The notes beneath the pieces were generated by a model, which did no database searches, was not told the origin of the DNA, and worked only from the letters and a program-made list of their open reading frames with translations. DNA of 64,000 bases, from the NCBI GenBank assembly GCA_963674695.2, contig CAXXGI010000002.1:608001-672000 (forward strand). Reading direction: 5' to 3'. Source of the DNA: a bacterium. Lineage in GTDB: Bacteria > UBA10199 > 2-02-FULL-44-16 > JAAZCA01. Positions 1 to 9,645 of the stretch are shown here, in pieces (the first letter of the stretch is position 1; every line of letters begins with the position of its first letter). The position numbers were made by a program, and so were the translations under genes.

Positions 1-558
1 GCGTACAAACCCAATCAGATGGAGTTTGCCTCCGAGCTGCGCGGACGTGGCTTTGCCGAGCACACGCTCACGGCCGCGGCTGAGCATGCCTCCTACGATG
101 CGGTCTTCATCCCGGATTCTGCCTGGGCGGTCGGCTACATCGCGCCGACGCTCGCGTTGATGGGCATCGAGCATTCGCGTCTGTTGGGCATTTCGCGTTG
201 GAACGATTCGCGGCTCATCGATCGCGGCGGCAAGTATGTCGAAGACGCGCTCTTCGTCGAAACTTTTTACAAGGGGGCCCCCTCGACCGAGGTGTCGAGT
301 TTCGTGACGCGCTTTCGCGAGGCCTATGGCGTCGACCCGACGCTCCTCGAGGCCCTGGGCTATGACTCGATGCGTATGATCATCTCCAATATGCGCGACA
401 AGGGGGCGATGGCGCGTACCTCCATGCGCGATGCCTTGGCACGCACGACGGAGTTTCCGGGTGTGGCCGGGCGCATCGCGTTCGATCCCCAAGGAAACGC
501 CACCCGACGGCAGTGGGTACTCACCGTGAAAAATGGCGCGATTGTACCAGTGAAATAA
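1..558 (+). CDS. LppC/LpoA-like penicillin-binding-protein activator or periplasmic binding protein (C-terminal part, 5' truncated)
   Basis: YDAVFIPD...LLGISRWN...ALGYDS...FPGVAGRIAFD pattern typical of type-1 periplasmic-binding/LppC C-termini; the frame is open from the window edge. Confidence 0.7.
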   Translation, partial: AYKPNQMEFASELRGRGFAEHTLTAAAEHASYDAVFIPDSAWAVGYIAPTLALMGIEHSRLLGISRWNDSRLIDRGGKYVEDALFVETFYKGAPSTEVSSFVTRFREAYGVDPTLLEALGYDSMRMIISNMRDKGAMARTSMRDALARTTEFPGVAGRIAFDPQGNATRRQWVLTVKNGAIVPVK

Positions 559-562
559 AACA

Positions 563-643
563 CGGGAACCGGGATTAGGGACCCGAAAACCAATCTCCTG
601 ATTTTGATCTTCGGATCCCGAGTTCCGGATCCCGAATTCCGGA
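563..643. repeat. Inverted heptamer-repeat element (GGGAACC/GGGATTA ... GGATCCC/GAATTCC)
   Basis: 7-nt periodic arms in opposite orientation around GAAAACCAA..GATTTTGATCTTCGG; the same core occurs at 23669-23761. Confidence 0.75.
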
Positions 644-647
644 CTTT

Positions 648-1631
648 ATGAACGAATTCGATCTCATCGCCCGTCTGACCGACGGCATTCCTCGCACCGG
701 AGCACAGCTCAAACAGGGCATCGACGATGACTGCGCCGTCATCGCCGGAGGTGACCGCGACTGGCTCGTCACCACCGATGCGCTCATCGAGGGCGTGCAC
801 TTTCGCCTCGATTGGACCGATCTTTCGACCCTCGGGCGGAAGGCCCTTTCGGTCAACGTAAGCGATATCGCGGCCATGGGCGGGAAGCCGCGCTTCTTTC
901 TCGTGAGCGTGGGACTCCCCTCCTCAGTGGGACCCGAGGGAGCCGATGTCCTGATGGCAGGCATGCAGGCGGTGGCGCGCCGCGAGGAGATGCTTCTCAT
1001 CGGCGGCGATACCGTCGCCAGTCCCGAGGGACTCGTGTTCTCGATCACCGTGCTGGGCGAGTCCGAGCCCGATCGCTGGATTTTGCGCAGTGGGGCCAAA
1101 CCCGGCGACGCGATCTTCGCGACCGGCACTTTCGGCGGTGCGGCGCTGGGGTTGTCCGCTCTTGAAGCAGGTCAGGACGACGCGACGCTGCGTCCCTTCA
1201 TCGACCGCCATCGCGATCCGACCCCGCGCGTGGAGGTCGGGAGGTCGCTTGCCGCCACCGGTATGCTGACGGCCCTGATCGATGTGAGCGATGGGCTCTT
1301 CGCCGATCTCGGCCATATCGCTGACAGCAGTTGCGTTGGCTTCGAGATCGAGGCGGAATCGGTTCCGTGCGAGGCGGCTTTCGATGATGCTGCACGCATG
1401 ATGGGATGCGATCCCCGAAGCCTTGCCCTCACCGGCGGCGAGGACTACGAACTCGTCTTTACCGTCGATTGCGCGCGCGAACGGGAATTCGCTGCGCGCG
1501 CGGCCTCGGGGATATTCGGTTCCGTCACGCGCATCGGGCGCATCGTTGCCGATGCTTCCGTGCGTACGGTGCTGGATGCGAGCGGGAAAACGTGTCATTA
1601 TGCTCGCGCTGGTTTTGATCACTTCGGATAA
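648..1631 (+). CDS. thiL: Thiamine-phosphate kinase
   Basis: MNEFDLI, GIDDDCA, NVSDIAAMGG, GGDT, DVSDGL and GGEDYEL motifs. Confidence 0.95.
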   Translation: MNEFDLIARLTDGIPRTGAQLKQGIDDDCAVIAGGDRDWLVTTDALIEGVHFRLDWTDLSTLGRKALSVNVSDIAAMGGKPRFFLVSVGLPSSVGPEGADVLMAGMQAVARREEMLLIGGDTVASPEGLVFSITVLGESEPDRWILRSGAKPGDAIFATGTFGGAALGLSALEAGQDDATLRPFIDRHRDPTPRVEVGRSLAATGMLTALIDVSDGLFADLGHIADSSCVGFEIEAESVPCEAAFDDAARMMGCDPRSLALTGGEDYELVFTVDCAREREFAARAASGIFGSVTRIGRIVADASVRTVLDASGKTCHYARAGFDHFG

Positions 1632-1641
1632 GCTGCTGTTC

Positions 1642-1712
1642 GCCCTTCGACAGGCTCAGGACGAACGGTTTCATGAACAGGTTGTCCGTTCGTGGTGAGC
1701 GTGTCGAACCAT
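1642..1712. repeat. REP-like palindrome (CCCTTCGACAGGCTCAGG...GTGAGCGTGTCGAACC family)
   Basis: Imperfect inverted repeat; related arms at about 56389-56409 and 60335-60385. Confidence 0.7.
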
Positions 1713-1754
1713 GGACGGATAAGAGCTGCCGCTTGTGGCGGTGATGGAATCTCA

Positions 1755-2750
1755 ATGTTTGAGCTCGTCGTTATCTTCATGGTGTTGTTGTGCTTCTCGG
1801 CCTTTTTTTCCGGTTCCGAGACGGTGTTCTTTTCGCTCTCTGAGGTCGAGCTGCATCAGTTTGGGGAATCCGGGAGTCGTTCCAAGCGCAACGTCGTGTT
1901 GGCGCTCGCCCGTCCGCGACAGATCCTCGTCACGATTCTCTTGGGAAATGAACTGGTCAACGTCGCCATCGCGGTGACCGGTGCGGCCATCGTTGCGCGG
2001 ATGATCATCGCCGATATGGAGCTGCAGGCGCTCATCGGTGTGGCGGCGATCACCCCCGTCATCCTCGTCTTTGGCGAGGTCGTTCCGAAGAGCGTTTCCC
2101 TTCACTTTGCGCCGCTTCTGGCTCCCATCATCATCTGGCCGCTTGCTCTCTTCGCCCAGATCGTGCGTCCTATCCGCGCGGTGCTCGGTGCCTTTGCCGA
2201 TGCCATCATCCGTCTCTTTGGCGGGGATGCCGATGTCGGCACGCCCATCATCATGGAGGATGAGTTTCGCCGCATGGTCGATATTGGCAGCCGCGACGGA
2301 GTCATCGAGGAGGAGGAACGCGAGATCATCCACAAGGTCTTCGAGTTCACCGACAAACGTACCTGTGACATCATGACCCCGATCGACCAGGTCTTCATGC
2401 TCTCGATCGAGTTGCCCTACGAGCGCATGCTCGAAGAGTTGCGCAGCACGCAGTTCTCCCGTGTGCCGATCATCGAGGGGGGGGACCGCGCGAACGTAGT
2501 GGGCATTCTGCATCTGCGCGAGCTTTTCGGTTTCGATCGTCGACGTCGCGCTCAGGTGCCCGGAGATTTCCGATCGATCCTACTGCAACCGCTCTTCGTT
2601 TCGGAGGTCACGCCGTTGGAAACACTGCTGCGTGAGTTTCAACGAACGCACATGCACATGGCGCTGGTCAAAGGTCAGGACGAGGTGCTCGTGGGCATCG
2701 TCACGATGGACGACGTGCTCGAGGAGCTCTTTGGGGAGCTTGAGGAATGA
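1755..2750 (+). CDS. CNNM/CorC (hemolysin-family) CBS-domain membrane protein
   Basis: SAFFSGSET, ILLGN, FGEVVPK, IMTP, FSRVP, GIVTMDDVLEELFGE; ATG 1755 chosen because the upstream ORF part lies in the repeat. Confidence 0.9.
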   Translation: MFELVVIFMVLLCFSAFFSGSETVFFSLSEVELHQFGESGSRSKRNVVLALARPRQILVTILLGNELVNVAIAVTGAAIVARMIIADMELQALIGVAAITPVILVFGEVVPKSVSLHFAPLLAPIIIWPLALFAQIVRPIRAVLGAFADAIIRLFGGDADVGTPIIMEDEFRRMVDIGSRDGVIEEEEREIIHKVFEFTDKRTCDIMTPIDQVFMLSIELPYERMLEELRSTQFSRVPIIEGGDRANVVGILHLRELFGFDRRRRAQVPGDFRSILLQPLFVSEVTPLETLLREFQRTHMHMALVKGQDEVLVGIVTMDDVLEELFGELEE

Positions 2751-4024
2751 GTTTGGCATTCGTCATCATCGTCGTTGTCATCTGCATACTGCTCGAGGGG
2801 TTCTTCTCGGGCAGCGAGATGGCGCTGGTCAACGCCGACCGCCATCGCCTGCGCGCCTCGGCCGATGCGGGTTCGCGCGGTGCGCGCCAGGCGCTGCGGC
2901 TCGTGCGCGATCCGGCGCGTTTTTTCTCCACCACGCTCCTGGGGACAAACCTCGCGGTTGTGGCCGCCTCCGAGATCGTCTCCTTTTATGTTCTGCGTCG
3001 CTACGGTGAAGCGGCCATGCCCTTGGCACTGCTGTTCGCGCCGCTTCCGCTCATCTTCGGAGAGATCGTTCCGAAGAGCATCTATCACCACTATGCCGAT
3101 CGCATCGTTACGCGCATCGCGCCGTTTTTGCGCACGGTCTCGATCCTCTTCTGGCCTGCCGTCTGGCCGCTCTCGCTGCTCACGCGCCGCCTGCTGCGGG
3201 GGTTGCCGGGGCGCTCCTCCGGGGCGCAACCGGTCTCTCGCGAGGCACTTGAACTCATGCTTCGGGTAGGCCAGCCCGAGGAGAGCGACGTGAAGGCCGT
3301 GGAGCGCACGATGATCTCGCGCATCTTCGACCTGGCCGACAAGACGGTCGAAAATATCATGACGCCGCTCGTCGATGTGGTGGCCATCGATATCTCGGCG
3401 GGTCGTGAGGCGGCCGCGCGCATTATGGAGGAGTATGAGTTTTCTCGTGTCCCGGTCTACGAACGACGCGTCTTCAATATCGTGGGCGTGCTCACAGGGA
3501 CCGATCTACTCTTCGGCGATTCCTCCAAGAATGTTCGGGAGCTGATGCGGGCGGTGCCTTTCGTCCCCGAGGAGATGCCGCTCGATGAACTCCTGGTCAT
3601 GCTCAAACGCCGGGGCGAGCCGCTGGCGGTGGCGGTGGATGAATATGGTGCGGCTACAGGAATCGCTACCACCGAAGATCTGCTCGAAGAGGTGGTGGGC
3701 GAGATTCGCGACGAACACGACGAGGAGCCGCCGCTCTATAGCCGCCTCGGCCGAAATCGTTTTCTGGTGGAGGGTCGGCTCGAGATCGAGGTGGCCAACG
3801 AGCGCTTGAAACTTTGGCTTCCCGACGGCGACTACGAGACGGTGGCTGGTTTTGCCCTACACCGCTTCGAGCGCATCCCGAACGTCGGCGATCACTTCGT
3901 GTATGGCCCCTTCCTCTTCATCGTTCGGCAGGCCTCCGAGCGCGCGATCACGCAGATCGAGATCGTGCGGCAAGGTCCTCGGCATGAAGGGGAAGATAGT
4001 CAGTTGTCATCCCCGAGGGGGTAA
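2747..4024 (+). CDS. CNNM/CorC (hemolysin-family) protein with CBS and CorC_HlyC domains
   Basis: FFSGSEMA, FGEIVPK, VDEYG, EDLLEEVVGEIRDEHD, YETVAG; ATGA overlap with the upstream paralog. Confidence 0.92.
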   Translation: MSLAFVIIVVVICILLEGFFSGSEMALVNADRHRLRASADAGSRGARQALRLVRDPARFFSTTLLGTNLAVVAASEIVSFYVLRRYGEAAMPLALLFAPLPLIFGEIVPKSIYHHYADRIVTRIAPFLRTVSILFWPAVWPLSLLTRRLLRGLPGRSSGAQPVSREALELMLRVGQPEESDVKAVERTMISRIFDLADKTVENIMTPLVDVVAIDISAGREAAARIMEEYEFSRVPVYERRVFNIVGVLTGTDLLFGDSSKNVRELMRAVPFVPEEMPLDELLVMLKRRGEPLAVAVDEYGAATGIATTEDLLEEVVGEIRDEHDEEPPLYSRLGRNRFLVEGRLEIEVANERLKLWLPDGDYETVAGFALHRFERIPNVGDHFVYGPFLFIVRQASERAITQIEIVRQGPRHEGEDSQLSSPRG

Positions 4025-4051
4025 TCGGGGATCCAGTCCGGAAAACACACA

Positions 4052-5626
4052 CTACAATACGAGTGGAGTGGGTGGCGGAAACATCGCGGTCAGTCCTCCG
4101 AAGAGGAGGGCATCCACGGCCGTGAGGCTCGAAGTGAGATCGTCCTGCATCACCGCATCATCCAACGCGATCGCTTCCTGAACAAATGCATCATCATCGG
4201 CCGGTGCCGATGGATCACGCCCAGCGATGCGTTCCTCGTGGTGTGCGATGAGCTGGTTCATCGCCGTTTCGCGCAGGAGGGTTTCCCCCGCATACTGGAG
4301 TTGTTTTGCACGACGGTGTGCGCGCGCTTTCGGTGCCGCACGCGTTTCCTCGATCATTTTCGGAAGGCGCTCATGGAGGAGGTGCCCGATGAGGGTATTC
4401 GTTTCAAAATGCATCGGAATCGATTCCACCGCATAGCGACCGATGGAATAGGGGGCCCGCAGATTCTTGAGGTTATGATCGTTCATCAACGTGAGCGACT
4501 CGATCCATGAGAAGAGCGCGCTGTGGTCGATCACCTGTTCATCGGAGATCGTGATGGCGTGTATCTGCCATGGATCGTTGAGATCGATTCCATCCAACTG
4601 CAGGGGGAGAATGGCACCGCTGTCCTCCAGGTGCCGGAGGTTTTTGAGAAAGGGGGAGGTATCCTCTCCATTGCGTTTCGCTCCGAACCGGGGCCAGACC
4701 AGGATGCCGTCCTCGATCGCGGTAAAGGGCCACCCTTCGATCCCCTGTCGGTGAGCGAAGAGGGCGAGTGCGGAGGCGACCATCGTGCCGAGTCCGGCGG
4801 TTGTCTGGTGAGGACTGAGGCATATCGACCAGAAACCGATTTCCGGTGATTCGGAGCCGTTTTGGCGGAGGTCGACGATGTATTCCTCGTCGCCCTTGAA
4901 AAAGGGCAAATCGTGCCGCGCGTGGAATCGCAGGGACTGAGTTTCATTGTAATGGGCATAGCTGGTGATTTGCACCGGATGCCGATCGCCGGGGGTATGC
5001 ATCAGGTCAATGATGGCATTCAATGGAATGCGTGTATTGAAGCGCTCTTCGAGAATGGCCCGGGCTACGCCCGCATGCTGCAGAGGCAGTGTCCACCAGT
5101 GTTCATGTACAGCCTCGGTGTTGGCGATCACCCGGACCTCTGGTCCTCGCTTAAGTTGTTGCTGTGTCATTCGCTCGATGGCGGCATCGATTGCGGGATG
5201 GCGATTCCGTTGAGCGAATGCTCTTCGCCAGATGATGTCGGCCATAGCCTGATGGTTTTTCGCTTCGAATGCGTGTGCGATCGGCGTCCAGATGGAAGGC
5301 GCGGTGCCCGTTTCGGGGATTCCCTGACGATTGAGAAAAGTGAGAAAATCCTGGCCGATGTTGGAGGCCTGCGTTTTGCTGGCGGAAAGATCCAACGGTG
5401 TATCTGCGGTAAAGCGTTTGAGGGCGCGCGCCAGGAGTCGCGGATGCGGGTTGGTGCCCAGGTGTTCCGGCAGCGGATGGACCTCGGCCCAGTCGAGATA
5501 GGCCTCGAGAGCGGCACACTGCACCGGTGCATAGACCTCCTCGGCCATCATCGTGTGTCTCGTGTCCGTGCCGGACATGAGGGTTGTGACCACGCTCAAC
5601 GCTTCGATGTCGATGGGGGCGACCAT
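4052..5626 (-). CDS. Orphan protein with probable GNAT-like domain and acidic/hydrophobic C-terminal tail
   Basis: Long ORF; HQTTAGLGT...GILVWPRFG resembles GNAT motifs; start moved to ATG 5626, 7 nt after a sigma28-like -10 box. Confidence 0.65.
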   Translation of the reverse strand: MVAPIDIEALSVVTTLMSGTDTRHTMMAEEVYAPVQCAALEAYLDWAEVHPLPEHLGTNPHPRLLARALKRFTADTPLDLSASKTQASNIGQDFLTFLNRQGIPETGTAPSIWTPIAHAFEAKNHQAMADIIWRRAFAQRNRHPAIDAAIERMTQQQLKRGPEVRVIANTEAVHEHWWTLPLQHAGVARAILEERFNTRIPLNAIIDLMHTPGDRHPVQITSYAHYNETQSLRFHARHDLPFFKGDEEYIVDLRQNGSESPEIGFWSICLSPHQTTAGLGTMVASALALFAHRQGIEGWPFTAIEDGILVWPRFGAKRNGEDTSPFLKNLRHLEDSGAILPLQLDGIDLNDPWQIHAITISDEQVIDHSALFSWIESLTLMNDHNLKNLRAPYSIGRYAVESIPMHFETNTLIGHLLHERLPKMIEETRAAPKARAHRRAKQLQYAGETLLRETAMNQLIAHHEERIAGRDPSAPADDDAFVQEAIALDDAVMQDDLTSSLTAVDALLFGGLTAMFPPPTPLVL

Positions 5627-5633
5627 AGATGCC

Positions 5634-5660
5634 TTATCGGTTTGCGGTGAAAAAGGTTGC
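5634..5660 (-). promoter_or_regulatory. sigma28/FliA-like promoter GCAACCTT-N11-ACCGATAA
   Basis: Read directly on the minus strand; compare TAAAGTTT-N11-GCCGATAA. Confidence 0.65.
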
Positions 5661-5780
5661 GCGCTATATCGAGGGGGTAAAAGAAATGCAACCCCTGTGA
5701 AGGGTGTTTGCGTTTCTCCGATGCCTGCGGTACCGATCGCCAATCGATGTGAATGACAGATTTACCTGGTGAGGTGAACG

Positions 5781-6941
5781 ATGGGATCGATAGCCTATTT
5801 TGACTGTTTCTCCGGTGTGGCCGGCGACATGATCCTGGGCGCACTCGTCGATGCGGGGCTGCCGCTGGCCAAACTCACCCGTGAACTCGAGCGCCTGCCG
5901 CTTTCCGGTTATCGCCTTGTTCGCGACCGGACGCGGCGCGACGTTCGCGGGGTGAATCTCCATGTCGAGGTGCAGCGCGAACCGAAGCACTCCGGCTATA
6001 CCGACCTCGATGCGATGATCGCGCGCAGTCGCTTGCAAAAACCCGTCATCGAAATGGCGCGTGCGATCCTCGAGCGGTTGGCGAAAGCCGAGGCGCGCGT
6101 GCACGGGGTTCGTCTCGACCGCGTCCACTTCCACGAGGTGGGGGCCGTCGATTCCCTCGTCGATATCGTCGGCAGCGCCATCGGCTTTCATCACTTTGGG
6201 TTCAGCGCCGTGCACGCCTCGCCGCTGCCAATGAACCGGGGACAGGTGCGATGCGCCCATGGTCAGATGCCGGTCCCCGCACCCGCGACGATGGAGCTGA
6301 TGAAGGGTGTTCCGCTCGAGCCGACGAAGGTGCGCGAGGAGATCGTCACGCCCACGGGGGCGGCGATCCTCGCGACGGTCGCCGAGCAGTTCGGCGAGTG
6401 TCCGCTGCAGGTGGTGAAAAAAGTGGGATACGGCTACGGCGACAAGGTGATTCCGGGACTCCCCAACGCGCTTCGCCTGATGATCGGGGAAGGGTTCCCC
6501 GTTCTCTGTGTGCAGGCGACGATCGACGACATGAACCCGGAGCTCTACGACGGCGTGCTCGATGCGCTCTTTGCCGCGGGTGCCGTCGATGTCGATCTCG
6601 CCGCGGTGCAGATGAAGAAAAACCGCCCCGGCATCAAGCTCTCCGCACTCGTTCCCTGGGAGCACAAGGATGCGGTCATCGCGGTCTTCCTGCGCGAGAC
6701 CTCGACCTTCGGCGTGCGCTACTGGCCCGCCGAGCGCAAAGTGCTCACGCGCACGATCGAGACGCGCACGGTGCACAAAGGAAAGGTTCGATTCAAACTC
6801 GGCTTCGACGCCGATGGAACGTGCCTCAAAGCGGTGCCGGAATACGCGGATGTAAAAAAACTCGCCCAGAAGTCCAAACGCCCCCTCATCGATCTCTATC
6901 ACGAGGCGTTCGCCGAGGGTCGAAAACTCATCCGTTCATGA
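5781..6941 (+). CDS. larC: Nickel pincer cofactor biosynthesis protein LarC
   Basis: YFDCFSGVAGDM, HFHEVGAVDS, PVPAPAT, TPTGAAI, TIDDMNPE, MKKNRPG, PEYAD. Confidence 0.93.
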   Translation: MGSIAYFDCFSGVAGDMILGALVDAGLPLAKLTRELERLPLSGYRLVRDRTRRDVRGVNLHVEVQREPKHSGYTDLDAMIARSRLQKPVIEMARAILERLAKAEARVHGVRLDRVHFHEVGAVDSLVDIVGSAIGFHHFGFSAVHASPLPMNRGQVRCAHGQMPVPAPATMELMKGVPLEPTKVREEIVTPTGAAILATVAEQFGECPLQVVKKVGYGYGDKVIPGLPNALRLMIGEGFPVLCVQATIDDMNPELYDGVLDALFAAGAVDVDLAAVQMKKNRPGIKLSALVPWEHKDAVIAVFLRETSTFGVRYWPAERKVLTRTIETRTVHKGKVRFKLGFDADGTCLKAVPEYADVKKLAQKSKRPLIDLYHEAFAEGRKLIRS

Positions 6942-6952
6942 CATGCCCCCGT

Positions 6953-8209
6953 CTACGAAATCATGTGCAGAAAGGATTCTGGATCGATGATGGTCACCGT
7001 CTGCCCGCGCACCTTTGACGGAGCTTGCGCCTTCCATTTGACGTCATAGAGATCGACCCCCTTCTCCTTCGGGAGGACGATGTCCACCTCTTTCTTGTTC
7101 TTGGGGGAGTACCAGTAGAAGAGGCGATCGTTGTTTCGTGCGAGATGGTTGACGACAATTCCTTCGAAAAACCGTCCCCGGAAGGCGCTGTCATCGATCT
7201 GTGCACAGAGCCATCGGTATACATTCGGAATGCTGTCACGCCACGTTCCCGCCACCGCAACGAGCAGCGGGTCGATCGGATAAATCTTTCTCGGTTTTGT
7301 GCCGCTCGCCCCATGTGTCCGCTCATCATAGCACGACACCGTCAAACAGAGAAAGGCATCCTGCAAATGTTCCACGTATTCCAATGCCGTTTCGTGACTC
7401 TTGACGGGCGAGTCCTCGATGAGCTTCGGCCATGTCACCCTGGTGGCGATGGTCTGAAAGAGACGAAAGAGAATCTGTTTGAGCGTCTCTTGCCGCAGCC
7501 CGAAGCGAGAGGCATCGCCGACGATCCAGTTGCGATAGGTTTCATAGGTTGCATCCGACACCATCCCCAACTCCACATAATCTCTGATCGCTATGGGAAA
7601 ACCGCCCACGCGCATATAGAGATCCAGGGTTTCTCTCATGCTCTTTTCTCGAAAACAGGCCAGGCTTTGTATGGCGGGCAGGGAGAGGGGATAGACGCGA
7701 TGATCCCTCCCTCTTCCCCTGCGTCCGGGGAGGCGCTCTGCGCTCTCCTTGAGATCGCGTGCGTTCGACCCGGTCACGACGGTTGCCGCCTTTTGGAGCA
7801 GCCCTGTGTTCCACAGCGCCAATACGGCGCGTTGCCATTCGGAGACGAATGAGACTTCATCGAGAAAAAGAAAGACGTCCGGCGATGGCTGCGATTGAAT
7901 GAACGCGGTTACAAGGGAGATGAGATCTTCAAACGAACGGATGGATTCGCAGCTCATATACAGGATCGACGATGGCCGTTTGCCTTCGGCGAGCAACCTC
8001 CTGATGATGAGTTTGAGGATGGTCGTCTTTCCGACCTGACGGGGGCCGCGCAGGATATGGAGATCGCTCTCCTGAAGCGAAAGCTCGTGGACCAGCGGCG
8101 GGTCGTAGGCATATGACTTTCCCCGAATCTGGACGATGTGTTGATCCCGCTCGATAGCGCTGGGATCATCCCACCAGGCATTCTGTAATCGCAGCAATGA
8201 CGGCTCCAT
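6953..8209 (-). CDS. AAA_14/DUF4143 ATP-binding protein
   Basis: GPRQVGKT, FLDEV, TGS, LPGR, GGFP, EVDIV..YDVK; GAGGTG RBS before ATG 8209. Confidence 0.9.
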   Translation of the reverse strand: MEPSLLRLQNAWWDDPSAIERDQHIVQIRGKSYAYDPPLVHELSLQESDLHILRGPRQVGKTTILKLIIRRLLAEGKRPSSILYMSCESIRSFEDLISLVTAFIQSQPSPDVFLFLDEVSFVSEWQRAVLALWNTGLLQKAATVVTGSNARDLKESAERLPGRRGRGRDHRVYPLSLPAIQSLACFREKSMRETLDLYMRVGGFPIAIRDYVELGMVSDATYETYRNWIVGDASRFGLRQETLKQILFRLFQTIATRVTWPKLIEDSPVKSHETALEYVEHLQDAFLCLTVSCYDERTHGASGTKPRKIYPIDPLLVAVAGTWRDSIPNVYRWLCAQIDDSAFRGRFFEGIVVNHLARNNDRLFYWYSPKNKKEVDIVLPKEKGVDLYDVKWKAQAPSKVRGQTVTIIDPESFLHMIS

Positions 8210-8304
8210 AACACCTCGATATTGTTTGAATTTCAAGAAAATGGAAGAATCTGCGATCATGATCGCATATCTGCCCTTTTCCGTCAAGAAATGGGTTTTG
8301 GCAC

Positions 8305-8335
8305 AAAAAACCCCGGCACCAGAGCGGTGCCGGGG
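8305..8335 (-). terminator. Intrinsic terminator CCCCGGCACC-loop-GGTGCCGGGG-T6
   Basis: 10-bp stem followed by a U tract on the minus strand, downstream of the 8355 stop. Confidence 0.8.
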
Positions 8336-8354
8336 TGATGTGTTCGAGGTCATC

Positions 8355-9362
8355 CTATTTGGTCTTCGCACTCACGGCGTTCATCGCATCCACGATGCGT
8401 CCTGGTGAAAGTTCAAGGTAGAGCATGAAGGAAGCGTTGATCAGTTCCGAGTTGGCATCAATTTGACCACGCGGCGTAATCGAAATGCCGCTGCCAACGT
8501 AGCATGGTATCTCAATAGCTAAATACCCTTGATGCACAAGTTTCGTCGCCACTTCATCATTTCCCGATAATCGCCTTTGCTTAGAAGTATACCCCATGGG
8601 AAAATATACACTTATGAATGACGCCTTGGATGGCGTCGCGTAAACTGTGACGCCATGTGTGAAACCGATATGCGGACGTACCATCGTTTCATCCCGATGC
8701 GCTATATCAAAGCCAATTCCACATTCAGCTCCTACATCATAAGATGCCAAGCCACCAGCGGCATCAGGCGCATGCGACACAGGATGCGTGTATTTCATGC
8801 CGATATCGGTCATCACCCCCAACTGGTTGGCGTTGGGAAAGTCACCACCAAAACCGACACGTAAGGAAAAATCAGGGGCAGGCTTGACATGTGCTTCATC
8901 GCTCCTCAGTATCTCCAGATGCAATTCCCATCGTCTGTTGCTCTGTGCAATGCATTCCCGGAAACACGCCTCTCCTTCGACTCGCTGTGATACGAGCGGA
9001 GATTCACACAACGAAAAACAAGCCCCGGTGTTACTTTCCTCTTCATCCGCCCCTTCGATACGTTCGTCGATTTCGTCGTCGACGGTATCATCGAGATCTT
9101 CATCGACGTCGATGGGCAGCCCCTCGTACGCCTCCGCTGCACGCCCTTCACGCACGAGCGCAAGGCGCCGGCCGGCATCGCTCTCGCTCTCTTCGCTGAC
9201 CACTTCATCAAGCATTTTCTCTTCGCAGGCCCCATTGGGCTCATCTGCACATTCCGACATGATGCGATCGAGAGCGTCTCCCGCATCCTCTTGGCATTGG
9301 ACTTGGTGTTCCTGATCGACAGTTGAGCAGATACGAAACAGAGTGTTCATGACATCCGACAT
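8355..9362 (-). CDS. Orphan protein (acidic Cys-containing N-half, beta-rich C-half)
   Basis: GAAGGAGG RBS before ATG 9362; has its own promoter motif and terminator; AT-richer than the backbone. Confidence 0.7.
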   Translation of the reverse strand: MSDVMNTLFRICSTVDQEHQVQCQEDAGDALDRIMSECADEPNGACEEKMLDEVVSEESESDAGRRLALVREGRAAEAYEGLPIDVDEDLDDTVDDEIDERIEGADEEESNTGACFSLCESPLVSQRVEGEACFRECIAQSNRRWELHLEILRSDEAHVKPAPDFSLRVGFGGDFPNANQLGVMTDIGMKYTHPVSHAPDAAGGLASYDVGAECGIGFDIAHRDETMVRPHIGFTHGVTVYATPSKASFISVYFPMGYTSKQRRLSGNDEVATKLVHQGYLAIEIPCYVGSGISITPRGQIDANSELINASFMLYLELSPGRIVDAMNAVSAKTK

Positions 9363-9406
9363 GGGTACCTCCTTCGTTGGTACCCCCCCGTTGCCTTTCA
9401 CTCTCA

Positions 9407-9433
9407 TTATCGACTGACTTCGGAAAACGTTTC
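9407..9433 (-). promoter_or_regulatory. sigma28-like promoter GAAACGTT-N11-GTCGATAA
   Basis: Read directly, about 45 nt upstream of ATG 9362. Confidence 0.6.
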
Positions 9434-9566
9434 ACGCTTTCTTGAACTGACGTACAGATTCCGTTTCCTTTTGAGAACGGATGGCGATGATATGTTATGA
9501 AATGATGAAGGGAATCCGTCAGTGAACAAGCGACACCAGTTGCAATGCTGAGAGCAAAGAAAACAG

Positions 9567-9594
9567 AAACCCGGCACCTTTCGGTGCCGGGTTT
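9567..9594 (-). terminator. Intrinsic terminator AAACCCGGCACC-GAAA-GGTGCCGGGTTT
   Basis: Perfect stem downstream of the peptidase gene; same stem sequence as 8305-8335. Confidence 0.8.
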
Positions 9595-9645
9595 GACTGT
9601 GGATCAACTCCCTCCTCCTTTATGAGGAGGGGTTGGGGGACAGGA

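Noticed and set aside
5781-6941. Complete lar (nickel-pincer) operon
   Set aside because: Only larC is present; stand-alone larC is common.
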